Positions 1 through 14,078 of a stretch of 36,610 nucleotides of DNA are shown piece by piece. The notes beneath the pieces were generated by a model. That model was given only the letters and a program-made list of their open reading frames with translations. It was not told where the DNA came from and did no database searches. The translations under genes were made by a program, and so were the position numbers. This DNA comes from Octopus sinensis. Its lineage: Eukaryota. Within the stretch, counting starts at the first letter, position 1, and each line of letters opens with the position of its first letter. The stretch spans positions 1 through 36,610 of the forward strand of contig NW_021831725.1 in the NCBI RefSeq assembly GCF_006345805.1, read 5' to 3'.

Positions 1-278
1 TATATTATTATATAAATATATAATAATTATTTGAGGAATATTAATCCTAACTTACAGGGAAAAAATTCAATTTAGAAAACTAAATCTAATTTCACAAAAT
101 ATAATATATATATATATAGATATAAATTAGAAAAAAACCCACCTTTTATCAATTCAAAATGAACAATTTAATTACACCATCTAGAAAATTACATATAATA
201 GAAATATTGCAATTAAAATAACAGTAATATATTTATGATTAAGTAAATTGCATGTATGCAGTATGTATGTAGTGATGG

Positions 279-320
<42 letters not shown>

Positions 321-782
321 ATCACTACATACATACATACATGCATACACACACATTTATACCCCTACCTCAATAGTTATAATGAGTATGCAATTAGCAT
401 GCAAGTGGCTGAATACTCCACAGATACTGCTATACTTAATGTAGTTCTCAGGGAGGTTCAGCGTGACACAGAGTGTGACAAGGCCAGCCCCTTTGTAATT
501 ACCGGTACTACTCATTTTTGCCAGTAGCTGAGTGGACTGGAGTAACGGGACACAAATGTATATATATATATATATATGTATGTATATATAGTTGGTGTTA
601 GGTAGGGCATCCAGCTGCGAAAACCTTGCCCAAAAGGGACACAGTAGCCTAGGGTAGTTTTTCTACCTGGCCAGCTCCTGTCAGTCATCCTACCCATGCT
701 TGCATGGAAGATGTACATTAAATGATGGCAATGGTGATGATGATGATGATATATATATATTATATATATATATATATATATA

Positions 783-940
783 TGAGTGGCTGTGTGGTAA
801 GAAGCTTTATTCCCAGCCACCTGGTTCCAGGTTCAGTCCCACTGCATGGCACCTTGGGCAAGTGTCTTCTGCTATAGCCTCAGGCTGACCAAAGCCTTGT
901 GAGTGGATTTGGTAGATGGAAACTTAAAGAAACCCATCGT
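783..940 (+). mobile_element. Dominant SINE, 5' half
   Basis: Same head sequence followed by a TA microsatellite. Confidence 0.85.
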
Positions 941-1736
941 ATATATATATACATACATAACCATATATATATGTAATTAAATACCAATTTTTCTATCTAC
1001 TTATATACACCCACTAGTGTAGACACTTATTTGTTGATACAACTGTCTACCTATACACAAGCCTGTCTCACAGCATAGATGGTGTTGAATAATTCACGCA
1101 CACACACACACACATACATGCATATAGATATATACACATGTATATAGATGTACAAATATACACTTACTAACTTACGTACACGCACACCTGGTCGCAGAAT
1201 CCACATACATGTTCACATCTAGACATACAAACATACAACTACAGGCATATATACACATATACCGATATAGAACACACACACATATATATATATATATATA
1301 CACCTGTGTACATATATATTCATAGGTAGCTGATTTCTTGTTACCATAGTGACCAAATACAAACAGGACATCCAGAATACCAAAGGAGGAAGTCTTCAGC
1401 TATGAACAACAAATGCAAAAAAATGTAGTCTGTTACATGTATGCATACTTTTCCTCCTACAACTTTTCACAAAATACTGTGCATATATATACACCAAAGA
1501 TTGTTCATGTGTATATATATACTTACACCAAAGACTATGCATATATATATATGTATGTATGATGAAAAATCAAAATGGAACACGGAAACAATTAACAGAG
1601 AAGGATAATGGATAAATTAACAGAGAAGTCCTCTCATCAGCTATGGGGACCAGATGTAAATGTAGTTTCTGGTATAGGACTACTTGTCTCGTTGCACCAA
1701 TGATACAGGAAATATCACTGAGGTGAAGGACCACAA

Positions 1737-1752
1737 TATATATACATATATG

Positions 1753-1794
<42 letters not shown>

Positions 1795-2049
1795 ATGTAT
1801 ATATATTATGTGACACATACATACCCAGCCACATATATGACACATATGCAAAACTTGCCTCTTGCTTCTTCTGTGTTGCAGTTGTATGCCTGCAGGGCTT
1901 TCACAATACTTACCAAATTCAGCTCAGGACACCCGGACAGACGTATACACACACACACACACACACGCATACACACATTGATGTACATGCACAATACCAT
2001 ATATGAACATGTTATGTGTTTTGTGTGCATACGTCAATTGGCATGTGCG

Positions 2050-2089
<40 letters not shown>

Positions 2090-2349
2090 ATTGTGTGTGT
2101 GTGTGTAATATAAACACAAACACACAAACCCACATACAACCCCACATACACACCCACATATATACGCATGCATACACACATGCACAAACATACATAATTG
2201 TATACATACATGCATATACACACGTACATATATGTATACACATGCACATACATACACATATATATATATACATACATACATATATATATATACATATATG
2301 TATACATACACATACATACATACGCATATATATATATATATATATATAC

Positions 2350-2404
<55 letters not shown>

Positions 2405-2534
2405 ATATATACATATATGTATACACACACACACACACATGCACACATATATATATTATACACACAAACAATCATGTCTATACATCTGTCACTCAGCTTT
2501 TCAGACACACACACTCACACACATATACACACAC

Positions 2535-2568
<34 letters not shown>

Positions 2569-2600
2569 CTACACACACATATTGACTTACATGCACGTAT
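1737..2600. repeat. Compound TA/CA microsatellite field
   Basis: Direct reading; source of the Y/I/H/T-rich spurious ORFs. Confidence 0.9.
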
Positions 2601-2962
2601 GTGATTTACCGTCAAATAGTCATCAGAAGGGGTTGGGTGGCACAGCCACAGCTCCCCCGCCTCCGTCATTTCTGCCTCAGCTACAACCAAAAAAGAAAAA
2701 AAAAAAAAAATGCTGCTTTAATCATCACCACCACCACCACCCCACCATCGTCATCATCATCATCTTCGTCATCATTTGCACTACAGCTTGAACCTGGATT
2801 CTTCAGATCCGCAATGCTCTGTGCCTATCGTTGGTGCTATGTTTGATACATGACTGCTAGCTAAAACCCTTGTGAAAGATGGACCCTACCATGTGAATTG
2901 TGGGATCAGATTGGGTCCCGGACACCTGCAGCTTTATATGGACATGATGATATAATAATATC

Positions 2963-2995
<33 letters not shown>

Positions 2996-3059
2996 GTAAC
3001 AAAATTTTTTTTTTTTTTTGGCTGAGGTCAGTAAGTGCTATTTCTTATTTGCTTCTATT

Positions 3060-4055
3060 TAGAAATGAACGGAAATGACTACTATTCCCTTTGCTTTTGT
3101 CACCTGGACATCAGTGTTTTGAAGTAAAGAAATCTGTGGTATTGAGCAGAATATTTGCTATAATGATATTTCTGCTTTAGCAACTCAGCGCTGAAGTGTA
3201 ATGGGAAATGCGTCAGTTTTAAATCATTGATGTCCGGGTGATAGAAGCAAAGTTTGAAGGGAATAGTAGTGATTTCGTTTGATTTCTAGACAGAAGCCAA
3301 TAAGAAATGACCCTTACTGATCAAAGACAACAAACGAATCTGTGGTATTGAGCAGAATATTTGCTATAATGATATTTCTGCTTCAGCAATTCAGCACTAA
3401 AGTGTAATGGGAAAGAGGTCAGTTTAAAACATTGATGCCCGGGTGATAGAAGCAAAGTTTGGAGGGAATAGTAGTCTTTTCATTTGATTTCTAGACAGAA
3501 GCCAATAAGAAATGACCCTTACTGATCAAAGGCATCAAACGAATCTGTGGTATTGAGCAGAATATTTGCTATAATGATATTTCTGCTTTAGCAACTTAGT
3601 GCTGAATCTGTGTGAAGTGTAATGGAAAATAGGTCAGATTGAGAACTTTGATGTTTGGGGGACAAAAGCAAAATTTGAAGGGAATAGTAGTCGTTTCCTT
3701 TGATTTCTAGAAAGAAGCAAATAGGAAATAAAACTTACTGACCAAAAACAAATGATAGAAGCAAAGTTTGAATAGAACAGTAGTCATTTCGTTTGATTTC
3801 TAGACAGAAGCCAATAAGAAATGATACTTACTGACCAAAGGCAACAAACGAATCTGTGGTATTGAGCAGAATATTTGCTGTAACGATATTTCTGCCTCAG
3901 CAACTCAGCGCTGAATCTGAAGTGTAATGGGAAATAGGTCAGTTTGAAGACATTGATGTCTGGGTGACAAAACCAAACTTTGATGGGAATAATAGGCATC
4001 TCCTTTGATTTCTAAATAGAACCCAAGAGGAATTAACGCTTACTGACCAAAGATG
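3060..4055. repeat. Diverged tandem repeat, ~205-bp unit, ~4.5 copies
   Basis: aatctgtggtattgagcagaatatttgct recurs at 3131, 3337, 3542 and 3851. Confidence 0.85.
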
Positions 4056-4507
4056 AAAAAACTATAAAAATTTTCTTACACATTGTAATGATAATAATAA
4101 TACTGTTTTCTTTTTAACCACTAAAGGGTTCACAAAAAAACTAGGGATGGTACAGGATGGTTCCTTGTAGGATTACGTAAAGGAGCATATGAAAAAGAAT
4201 ACCAGCAAATATGAGTTTCAACAATGAATGGTTCCTGCGAAAGAAGGGAACTTCCTAGGGCTGTTCATGGAAACCCTACAAAACCACAACCACCCTGACA
4301 ACAGGGGGAAGCACCTGCTCATCATCGTCCTCAATGGACAATCGCAGGCTGGTTCTCTTTGAATATCTATGCCACGTTCATCTACCTTTCGTCAAATTTT
4401 CTGAGAGGCAGCACTTTCCTCTCCATCCCCTCTTTCGTTTTCAAGAAAAACTTGGAAAAAGTCGATGAGGGTTTAGTCAGAGAGGAAAGTGCCTAAATGA
4501 TAAGCGG

Positions 4508-5066
4508 AACTGTCAATTTTATATTTCTTTGATGTCCGGTGGCCCCTGTGGAAGATCCTCAAGACTTTTTCCCTAGTACATCACTGGTATAATCTATTGC
4601 CATCTTCCTCCAGAGATCAACCCTTTCTCATCTCGTAGGAATAATTAAACTGTCAAGTTTATATTTCTTTGATGTCCGGTGGCCCCTGTGGAAGATCCTG
4701 AAGACTTTACCCTAGCACATCACTGGTATAATCTATTGCCATCTTCCTCCAGAGATCAACCTTTTCTCATCTCGTAGGAATAATTAAACTGTCAAGTTTA
4801 TATTTCTTTGATGTCCGGTGGCCCCTGTGGAAGATCCTGAAGACTTTTTCCCTAGCACATCACCGGTATAATCTATTGCCATCTTCCTCCAGAGATCAAC
4901 CCTTTCTCATCTCGTAGGAATAATTAAACTGTCAAGTTTATATTTCTTTGATGTCCGGTGGCCCCTGTGGAAGATCCTCAAGACTTTTTCCCTAGCACAT
5001 CACCGGTATAATCTATTGCCATCTTCCTCCAGAGATCAACCCTTTCTCATCTCATAGGAATAATTA
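4508..5066. repeat. Homogeneous tandem repeat, 139-bp unit x4
   Basis: Units start at ~4508, 4648, 4787 and 4926, with only a few substitutions. Confidence 0.92.
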
Positions 5067-6616
5067 TACTCAGCTGTATTCGACAGGATGACGAGACTTT
5101 GTGGAGTTTCTACATGTACCAGATCTTTCCTGCAAGAGATTTTGTTAACACCTGAAGCTACATAACGAATTAAAAAAAAAAAAAAAGTCATGCGGTGTCA
5201 TGATAAAGAATTGAACCCAGCACCTTTTGGTTGCAAAACAGACATTTTAAACATGTGTGGAGGGTTTATGCTCTCATGCCTACCTTTTTTTTTATATATA
5301 TATGGATTTGACTGTTATGTACTGAATAGGCTGTTGTTGTTGTTATTGTTGTTGATGATTTTGTTGTTGTTGTGATGAAGTTTTAATGGTTTGTTGAACG
5401 AATTGTCATGACCCAACCCAACCCAACCCAACCCACAAAGGCTTTCTTTCACTCATACCATCGTGTGTGTGTTTGTGTGTGTGTGTATGTGTGTGTGTAG
5501 GTTTATCTGAAAGAACAAGTCCCCTGCCCGCCCCCTAATTAACTGATCTTCTACATATGAGATGAGTTCTTCTCTTTGAAGAACCCTAACAAACTAGTTT
5601 GAAATCAAGTGGTCCTGCATTTATACACTGGTTTCAAACCAAAGACTACTTTCTTTACTTTAAGGGCCTCAACACAACACTTACTAGGCATATGGACCTC
5701 AATGAAGCCATGTGGCCTAGTGGTTAGAGTGCTGTGCTCTTGATTGCATGATCTTGGTTTCAATTCCCAGACCAAGCAATGTATTATATTCTTGAGCAAA
5801 ACACTCCAGCCAATGGCCCAACCTTGCAATAAACCCACATCTTGTTGAGGGGGGGGGGAAGGTTGTGATTTCAGTTATTTATATGCCCTGGAAACTGACC
5901 CCTACGACACCCACAACTGGACACATGATCTTGGTTTCAATTCCCAATTGTATTCTTGAGCAAAACATTTCATTTCTTATTTGGCCCCTTTCTACTCAGC
6001 TGTGAGTGGGTGACCCTGTGACACCCTAGTTTTCTGATCTGGGGTAACATTGTGATCTTGGTTACACAGATGCTGTGGAAATTGGGTGACTGGCCCCATG
6101 GCTCCCAGGAATTGAAGACAGTGATATCTAGAATACTTTACTTTAAGAACTTCAGCCCAACATTTACAAGACATCAGAGCCTTAAAGAAGGCACATGGCC
6201 AAGTGATTAAGACGTTGTGCTCATGACTGCATAATCTTGGTTTCAATCCTCAAACTGGGCGCTATGTTATATCCTTGAGCAAAACACTTCATCAGGCTGG
6301 CAACACTACTAAAAAAAAAAAAAACCCAAAAATAAATTTTAATTAACCTTGTCATTCAGAAAAGTCTCAAAGGTCACAGTTTGGTCACGGCTCATTACAC
6401 TCTCTCCTATATCTGATCATCTCTCTGTATACTTCTGGGTCCTTATAGTGGCAAATCTGGGTGGGGCAGGAAAGACATAGGTTCACTCTCTGTCACAGCC
6501 ACAGTGACGCCACGAAATAAACCATAAACCAAATGCCATTGTTTATTCTAGCTTTAACAGAATTTTAATCAACAAATAAAAGAATCGGAGAAAATGGAGA
6601 ATTTTCACATAATATA

Positions 6617-7005
6617 GGTGCAGGAATGGCTGTGTGGTAAGTAGCTTGTTTACCAACCACATGTTTTCGGGTTCAGTCCCACTGCGTGGCACCTTGGACA
6701 AGGGTCTTCTACTATAGCCTCGGGCCGACCAAAGCCTTGTGAGTGAATTTGGTAGACGGAAACTGAAAGAAGCTCGTCGTATACGTGTATATACATATGT
6801 TTGTGCGTCTGTGTTCCCCCAACATCGTTTGACAACCGATGCTGGTGTGTTTATGTCCCCGTAACTTAGCGGTTCGGCAAAAGAGACCGATAGAATAAGA
6901 ACTAATCTTACAAAGAATAAGTCCTGGGGTCGATTTGCTCGACTAGAGGCGGTGCTCCAGCATGGCCACTGTCAAATGACTGAAACAAGTAAAAGAGTAA
7001 AGAGT
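6617..7005 (+). mobile_element. Full-length copy of the dominant tRNA-derived SINE
   Basis: A-box TGGCTGTGTGG, B-box GGTTCAGTCCC, central TA/TG microsatellite, 3' module ending gaaacaagtaaaagagtaaagag. About 20 full or partial copies in the window. Confidence 0.9.
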
Positions 7006-7680
7006 AATTTAGTAAAATAGCTTTAATTAAAATGATGCTTGGAATATAAATTAAGATGAAATTTTGATAGGTTTTGGTTTAAACCAGAGAGTTTGTGTCA
7101 TAGGACCAGTGGGAGTGGTCACGGATGGGTTGGTATGAAAAGGGTCAAAGAAGCAATCAACCAACTTGGCCAAACCGGACCCACCCACAACTACTGAAAG
7201 TCTATATGAAGAGTACTCAGGGACGCCATCTGCGACCCATGTTGTAAACACACAAACAATACAGTCCCTATATTACATACAGACCTTAACCCTTTTCGCT
7301 TTTATTATACTTCTAATTAAACACACTGACGATGTTTCAATTAATTTTGAAGCTAACAAAGAATTTACTAAAATAAGTTTGTCATTAACACAAAATTTTT
7401 ATGGCAGGTTTTAATTAAGATCACTCTACAAGAAGTAGTTTGCATCACCTTCCTATGGGTGGTCACAGTTGGGTTGGTATCAAAATAGTTAAATTTCATT
7501 TCAAATTGTTGTGCATTTGTTGAGTTTTTATTTTATCTTTGTTTTTCTCTGTTTTTGAATTTCAAAATTATATTTTTTGCTTTTTATTGAATAATTATAA
7601 AACGTGAGAAATAATTTAATTGATAAATATTTCAATGCATGATGGAATATGTTTGTGTATATACATATATACATAATATA

Positions 7681-7840
7681 GGCGCAGGAGTGGCTGTGTG
7701 GTAAGTAGCTTGTTTACCAACCACATGGTTCCGGGTTCAGTCCCACTGCGTGGCACCTTGGGCAAGTGTCTTCTACATAGCCTCGGGCCGACCAAGCCTT
7801 GTGAGTGGATTTGGTAGATGGAAACTGAAAGAAGCCCGTC

Positions 7841-7843
<3 letters not shown>
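7681..7843 (+). mobile_element. Dominant SINE, 5' half
   Basis: ggcgcaggagtggctgtgtggtaagtagc...gaagcccgtcg then (TA)n. Confidence 0.85.
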
Positions 7844-7880
<37 letters not shown>

Positions 7881-8477
7881 ATATATATATATATATATTA
7901 TATATATACATACACACATAAACCTGTATGTATACATATACATTTATATATACGTATTGTTAGTATACATACATGCACATCTATATAAGTTTATGTATGT
8001 ATATATTTGTATACTTACATATATTCATTACATTGTGTGTGTGTGTGTATTATTTACATTTTTTAAATATTGGAGATTATATATATATATATATATATTT
8101 ATTTTTTTTATTTTTGTTGTTTTGTATATTTGAATTTTTGAATTTTATGAATTTCCAATTATATTCCATTTTCAATTTTAAAATATCACTTCCTGTAATT
8201 TGTCTTTTTTTTAATTTTAATTTTTCCTATTTTTGTGTGTATTTGGCTTTTTTTAAAAAAATTTTTATTTTATTTTATTATAACCAACTTTCCATTTTGG
8301 AGAAAAGAAAAATAACACATTTTTTATATATTTGTTGAAATGCCAAAGAGAGAGGAAAAAGCTAAAGGCACAAGAACCTGTCCCCTTGAGATAGACATAG
8401 TCCTTCACCATCATCATCATCATCACCATTTTCTAGTCCCTTGTCTCATTGTCGAGGTTCAATTCATTATTGTCGTA

Positions 8478-9042
8478 GGTGTGTATGGTTGTGTGGTAAG
8501 AAGCCTGCTTTCCAACCATATAGTTCTGGGTTCAGTCCCACTGCGTGGCACCTTGGGCAAGTGTCTTCTACTATAGCCTCAGGCCGACCAATTCCTTGTG
8601 AGTGGATTTGGTAGACGGAAACTGGAAGCTTGTTGTATATATATATATGTGTGTGTGTGTATGAATGTATATGTATGCATGCATGTATATATATGTGTGT
8701 GCATGCAAGCATGTATAAATGTGAATGCATGCATAAATGTATATGTGTGTGTATATATATATATATATGTGTGTGTGTATAATACATGCAAGTATGTATG
8801 TGTGTGTGTATGAATGGATATGTATGCGTGCATGTATATATGTGTGTGCATGCATATATGTGTGTGTGTGTATATATATATGATATATGTAAGCATATAT
8901 ATATGTGTGTGTGTATGAATGTATATGTATGCGTGCATGTATATATATGTGTGTGCATGCAAGCATGTATAAATGTGAATGCATGCATATGTGTATATAT
9001 GTGTGTGTGTATATATATATATATATAATACATGCAAGCATG

Positions 9043-9075
<33 letters not shown>

Positions 9076-9685
9076 TTGTGTGTATAATACATGCAAGTAT
9101 GTATATGTGTGTGTATATAATACATGCAAGTATGTATGTGTGTGTGTATATGTATAATACATGCAAGTATGTGTGTGTGTATGAATGGATATGTATGCGT
9201 GCATGTATATATGTGTGTGCATGCATATGTGTATATATGTGTGTGTGTGTATAATACATCCAAGTATGTATGTGTGCATGCAAGCATGTATATGTGTATG
9301 AATGCATGTGTGTGTGTGTGTGTATATATATATAATGTATAGTTGTGTATGCATGTATATATATGTGTGTGTGTGCATGTATATGTACATATGTATATAT
9401 ATATATATATATACACGCATACAACCATGTATATACATGTGTGTGTATATATATTTATGTTTTTGTTTGTCACCACCCACACTGCTCAACAACCAGTGTT
9501 GGTTTGTTTTTGGCCCATGACTTAGCAGTTTGACAAAAGAGGCCAACAGAATAAGAGTACCAGACTCACCCCTCCCCAAAAAAGGGAAAGAAAACAATAT
9601 TACTACTGGAGGTTACTTTGCTCAACTAAAACCTCTTGAAGGGCAATGCTCCAGCATGGCCACACTACACTGGCAGAAACCAGTC
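8478..9685 (+). mobile_element. Dominant SINE with its central microsatellite expanded to ~0.8 kb
   Basis: 5' half at 8478-8636, complex TA/TG/GCAT repeat at 8637-9455, diverged 3' half at 9456-9685. Confidence 0.75.
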
Positions 9686-10619
9686 GAAGATTTACCAGCT
9701 GAATCTTGTATGTGCATGTAGGGGTCAGTGTAGGGAACTGGGGGAAGGGTAGTTTTCAATTTGTGGGTTTTTTTACGTATTTGTTTTTTTTTTGTTTTTT
9801 TTTTGCAAAAAAAGGCTTTTGTTAATTTTTTTGTTCTTTGTTTGTTTTTGTTTTGTTTTTCATTCAGTATTGTGGTGGAGAGTCAGAGTGGGGGCACAGG
9901 AGGGGAGGGGGAGCCAGCCGGGTCGGAGAGCAAGGTTCAAAATTTGATTTTATTTATTTTGTGTTAATTAAATATTTTCATATCAAAAAAAAAAAGAAAA
10001 AATCAAACAAACAAAAAAATATTTTTATTTTTTAATTTAAAAAAAGAAAAAAATTTCTCCTTCCACTGCCCCGCATCTCTCACCATAAACGTGTTGTTTA
10101 CTATTTTTTTAAAAATCCAAAGAAAAGAAAAACTAAGAGAAAACATTGGTACAAAAAATAAATAACAACAAAATAAAAAGCAAATGGTTGTGTTATTCAC
10201 TGTCGAAAATTGCTAGTAACTAATTAAAAAATTAAAATTTGAATTGAATTTGAAAATAAAATGATAAAAAAAAAGCCAAAAAATATTCATTCTGATTAAA
10301 TTTTTTTAGTTTTATTTGCATGAAAAAAGCATTTAAAAATATTAATTTTTTATTGCAGTTCTTTGATAACAAAAACGATGCTGTCAACATTGGCCAAATG
10401 TTGGAACTGGACGAGGGAAGAAACCAGTGAACAAGCTTCTATGTGGTTAATCAACTTGCTAGAAATAACTACCAGAAGATGCCATTGTAAGAGAAGGTAC
10501 TAGCTTACAACATCGTCGTCATCATCATCGTTGTCGTTTAACATCCGCTTTCCATGCTAGCATGGGTTGGACGATTTGACTGAGGTCTGGTTGATTTACT
10601 CTCCTTCTCAATCGCATTT

Positions 10620-11055
10620 GTGTATGTATCTGTGTGTCTGCGTTTGTCCCCCCTAGCATCGCTTGACAACCGATGCTGGTGTGTTTACGTCCCCGTCACT
10701 TAGCGGTTCAGCAAAAGACACCGATAGAATAAGTACTGGGCTTACAAAAGAATAAGTCCCGGGGTCGATTTGCTCGACTAAAGGTGGTGCTCCAGCATGG
10801 CCGCAGTCAAATGACTGAAACAAGTAAAAGAGTATATGTGTGTGTGTATGTGTGTGCGTTTGTCCCCCTAGCATTGCTTGACAACCGATGCTGGTGTGTT
10901 TACGTCCCCATCACTTAGCGGTTCAGCAAAAGACACCGATAGAATAAGTACTGGGCTTACGAAGAATAAGTCCCGGGGTCGATTTGCTCGACTAAAGGTG
11001 GTGCTCCAGCATGGCCGCAGTCAAATGACTGAAACAAGTAAAAGAGTAAAGAGCG
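10620..11055 (+). mobile_element. Tandem pair of dominant-SINE 3' halves (also at 12640-13025 and 14606-14995)
   Basis: Two consecutive ~200-bp gctggtgtgtttacgtcccc...gaaacaagtaaaagag modules. Confidence 0.85.
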
Positions 11056-11533
11056 AGTAGAGTATGTGATGAACCCAGCACTTTGTCTTGTAAACAAATA
11101 AGGGCCAGACTCTTTAGAGTCGAGGAAATTGTTGAAGACATTTATTCTTTGGTCAAAGACTTTACCCTTACGCAGACAACGAGAGCGATTTGGACAATCA
11201 AACTGGTAAAAGAGATGAAGAAAGTAGTTATCTGGGTGGACAAACATGGCAGTTGAGAGACAGGCCTATTGTTGTTATTCTCCTGAATTTTTTTAATGAT
11301 TCTGTTCGTTAGTTTGCCTAACAAATCCAGTAGTTGAGAGAGAGGCCTATTATTTTTATTCTCCTGGAAGTTTTTGCGATTTTGTCCTTTACTTTGCCTG
11401 CAATTGTTACTCTTGAGCTGAATACACAATTATTATTTTTTTTTTGCTCAGGAGTCCAGGTGAAGGGTAAGGTTAGATACAGGGGCCTCGGCCCTGGTGG
11501 GGTTAATCAGATTTTCTCCTCTTTCGTGCCTCG

Positions 11534-12112
11534 TTAGATGGTGTCATAAGGTGTTACCAAATTTATTCCATAATCATAGCCATGCAGTTGGTCATAGCTT
11601 GACCGGCAAATGTCGGGCAGTGCCTCTACCAAATCGTGCTGGTCATCACAGAGAAAGTCATACACCTGCAGCGACCCCCTATGCTTGCGGTCGGCAAACC
11701 CATCATTATCAGGGTCCACGAATTTTTCGTCCGGCACATTTGCTACGACCAAGTAGCGGTCATTGTAACGGCACAACCTGACCGGATGGCGATTGTGCCA
11801 GTCCCACAGCCGCGTGGCCATGCGGATATCCCAGACAGTCACAACTCCATCTTCTCCCCCCGACACGATTTTCCATTTGTCGGCTTGCACGCTGGAGATC
11901 TTCTGCGTGTGTCCAGCCAACGTCATAACTGGAAAGCTACATCGAGCATCATACAGCCTCACCTTCCGGTCACCGCATCCTGTGGCCAACGTTATCGATG
12001 ACTGCGACGGTTGCTCATTGCTGTCGCTGTTCAGATGCATACAGCTTATGTACCAAGTGTGGCCGTGAAACGTCACGGATGGTTTACCAGAACTCAAATC
12101 ATAAAGTTTCAC
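11534..12112 (-). CDS. FBXW8: FBXW8-like gene, last coding exon (intact copy; WD40 repeats, C-terminus, TAA stop)
   Basis: GH...WD repeats (GHTWYISCM...VRLYD; GHTQKISSV...VTVWD). The C-terminus LPDICRSSYD..YDYGINLVTPYDTI resembles the FBXW8 end PICRSS....YYDLALAFPY (from recall). Poly-T tract + ccag acceptor, 579 nt. Confidence 0.92.
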   Translation of the reverse strand: MKLYDLSSGKPSVTFHGHTWYISCMHLNSDSNEQPSQSSITLATGCGDRKVRLYDARCSFPVMTLAGHTQKISSVQADKWKIVSGGEDGVVTVWDIRMATRLWDWHNRHPVRLCRYNDRYLVVANVPDEKFVDPDNDGFADRKHRGSLQVYDFLCDDQHDLVEALPDICRSSYDQLHGYDYGINLVTPYDTI

Positions 12113-12152
12113 CTGGAACACAAAAACAAAAAAAAAAAATTTTAATAATATA

Positions 12153-12542
12153 CTAGCAGTATCGCCCGGCGTTGCTCGGGTTTGTAAGGGAAATAACTAT
12201 GAAGCATTTTTAGAGAGTTATAGCCAAAAAATGGCAAAAAAATGGGAAAAAAAATTATGATAAATTTTTTTTTGAGAGTTAAAAAAGGTGGAGTTGCGTC
12301 CCCTAGACAGTCTGTGGTTTGTGTTTCTGATTCTCGACCCCATGTCGAATTTATCGATTTTTTTTCAGAACTGGGGGAACTTTTCAAAATTTTCGCTAGT
12401 TAGTTTTGAATTATGACATTGGGCTATGTGTGTGTCAAGTTTCATCAGATCGGTTGAAAGCCGTGGTCAGGGTGAGGGTACAACCTAACAGACACACAGA
12501 AACACACACAGACAGACAAACTGCCGTTTATATAGAGAGAGA
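12153..12542 (-). mobile_element. Non-autonomous Helitron
   Basis: On the minus strand: 5' TC(TCTCTATATAAA), subterminal hairpin CCCGAGCAACGCCGGG, 3' CTAG, inserted between A and T. Confidence 0.75.
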
Positions 12543-13502
12543 TGATTTCACAAGGGCAGCAATTTTTGTTTACAAAATAAATTTCAGTTGTTATACATCC
12601 TTTTGGGGTCAATAAATTAGTGCCAATTGGACAGTGTGGTTGATGCTGGTGTGTTTACGTCCCCGTCACTTAGCAGTTCGGCAAAAGACACCGATAGAAT
12701 AAGTACTGGGCTTACAAAGAATAAGTCCCAGGGTTGATTTGCTCGACTAAAGGTGGTGCTCCAGCATGGCCGCAGTCAAATGACTGAAACAACTAAAAGA
12801 GTATATGTGTTTGTGTGCTTGTGTGTCTTCGTTTGTCCCCCTAGCATCGCTTGACAACTGATGCTGGTGTGTTTACGTCCCCGTCACCTAGCGGTTCGGC
12901 AAAAGACACCGATAGAATAAGTACTGGGCTTACAAAGAATAAGTCCCGGGGTCGATTTGCTCGCTAAAGGTGGTGCTCCAGCATGGCCGCAGTCAAATGA
13001 CTGAAACAAGTAAAAGAGTAAAGAGCGAGTAGAGTATGTGATGAACCCAGCACTTTGTCTTGTAAACAAATAAGGCCCAGACTCTTTAGAGTCGAGGAAA
13101 TTGTTGAAGACATTTATTCTTTGGTCAAAGACTTTACCCTTACGCAGACCACAGAGAGCGATTTGGACAATCAAACTGGTAAAAGAGATGAAGAAAGTAG
13201 TTATCTGGGTGGACAAACATGGCAGTGAGAGACAGGCCTATTGTTGTTATTCTCCTGAATTTTTTTAATGTTCTGTTCGTTAGTTTGCCTACAAATCCAG
13301 TAGTTGAGAGAGAGGCCTATTATTTTTATTCTCCTGGAAGTTTTTGCGATTTTGTCCTTTACTTTGCCTGCATTGTTACTCTTGAGCTGAATACACAATT
13401 ATTATTTTTTTTTTGCTCAGGAGTCCAGGTGAAGGGTAAGGTTAGATACAGGGGCCTCGGCCCTGGTGGTGTTAATCAGATTTTCTCCTCTTTCGTGCCT
13501 CG

Positions 13503-14078
13503 TTAGATGGTGTCATAAGTGTTACCAAATTTATTCCATAATCATAGCCATGCAGTTGGTCATAGCTTGACCGGCAAATGTCGGGCAGTGCCTCCTACCA
13601 AATCGTGCTGGTCATCACAGAGAAAGTCATACACCTGCAGCGACCCCCTATGCTTGCGGTCGGCAAAACCATCATTATCAGGGTCCACGAATTTTTTCGG
13701 CACATTTGCTACACCAAGTAGCGGTCATTGTAACGGCACAACCTGACCGGATGGCCGATTGTGCCAGTCCCACAGCCGCGTGGCCATGCGGATATCCCAG
13801 ACAGTCACAACTCCATCTTCTCCCCCCGACACGATTTTCCATTTGTCGGCTTGCACGCTGGAGATCTTCTGCGTGTGTCCAGCCAACGTCATAACTGGAA
13901 AGCTACATCGAGCATCATACAGCCTCACCTTCCGGTCACCGCATCCTGTGGCCAACGTTATCGATGACTGCGACGGTTGCTCATTGCTGTCGCTGTTCAG
14001 ATGCATACAGCTTATGTACCAAGTGTGGCCGTGAAACGTCACGGATGGTTTACCAGAACTCAAATCATAAAGTTTCAC
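13503..14078 (-). pseudogene. Duplicate of the FBXW8-like last exon with multiple small indels
   Basis: Matches 12112-11790 up to ...WDWHNR. It then has +1 at ~13755 (ggccgatt vs ggcgatt), deletions at ~13695-13712, +1 at ~13594 and -1 at ~13519. Premature stop at 13725. Confidence 0.85.

Noticed and set aside
1570-2791. Long overlapping ORFs (up to 306 aa) rich in Y/I/H/T/C/V
   Set aside because: Translations of TA/CA microsatellites, open in several frames on both strands.
4180-4495. Possible L1/Tx1-like LINE C-terminal fragment
   Set aside because: Too degenerate to support by eye; needs BLASTX.
5704-6290. tRNA-like sequences (tggcctagtggttagag...ggtttcaattccc) at ~5704, ~5925 and ~6188
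   Set aside because: No complete cloverleaf and each is followed by SINE body sequence, so they are decayed SINE heads. The same applies to 21676-21750.
8467-9597. 376-aa, 303-aa and 281-aa ORFs
   Set aside because: Artefacts of the expanded SINE microsatellite.
10653-11247. Recurrent peptides such as FQSFDCGHAGAPP and STKSTHKAL seen in many ORFs
   Set aside because: Conceptual translations of the multicopy SINE, not a protein family.
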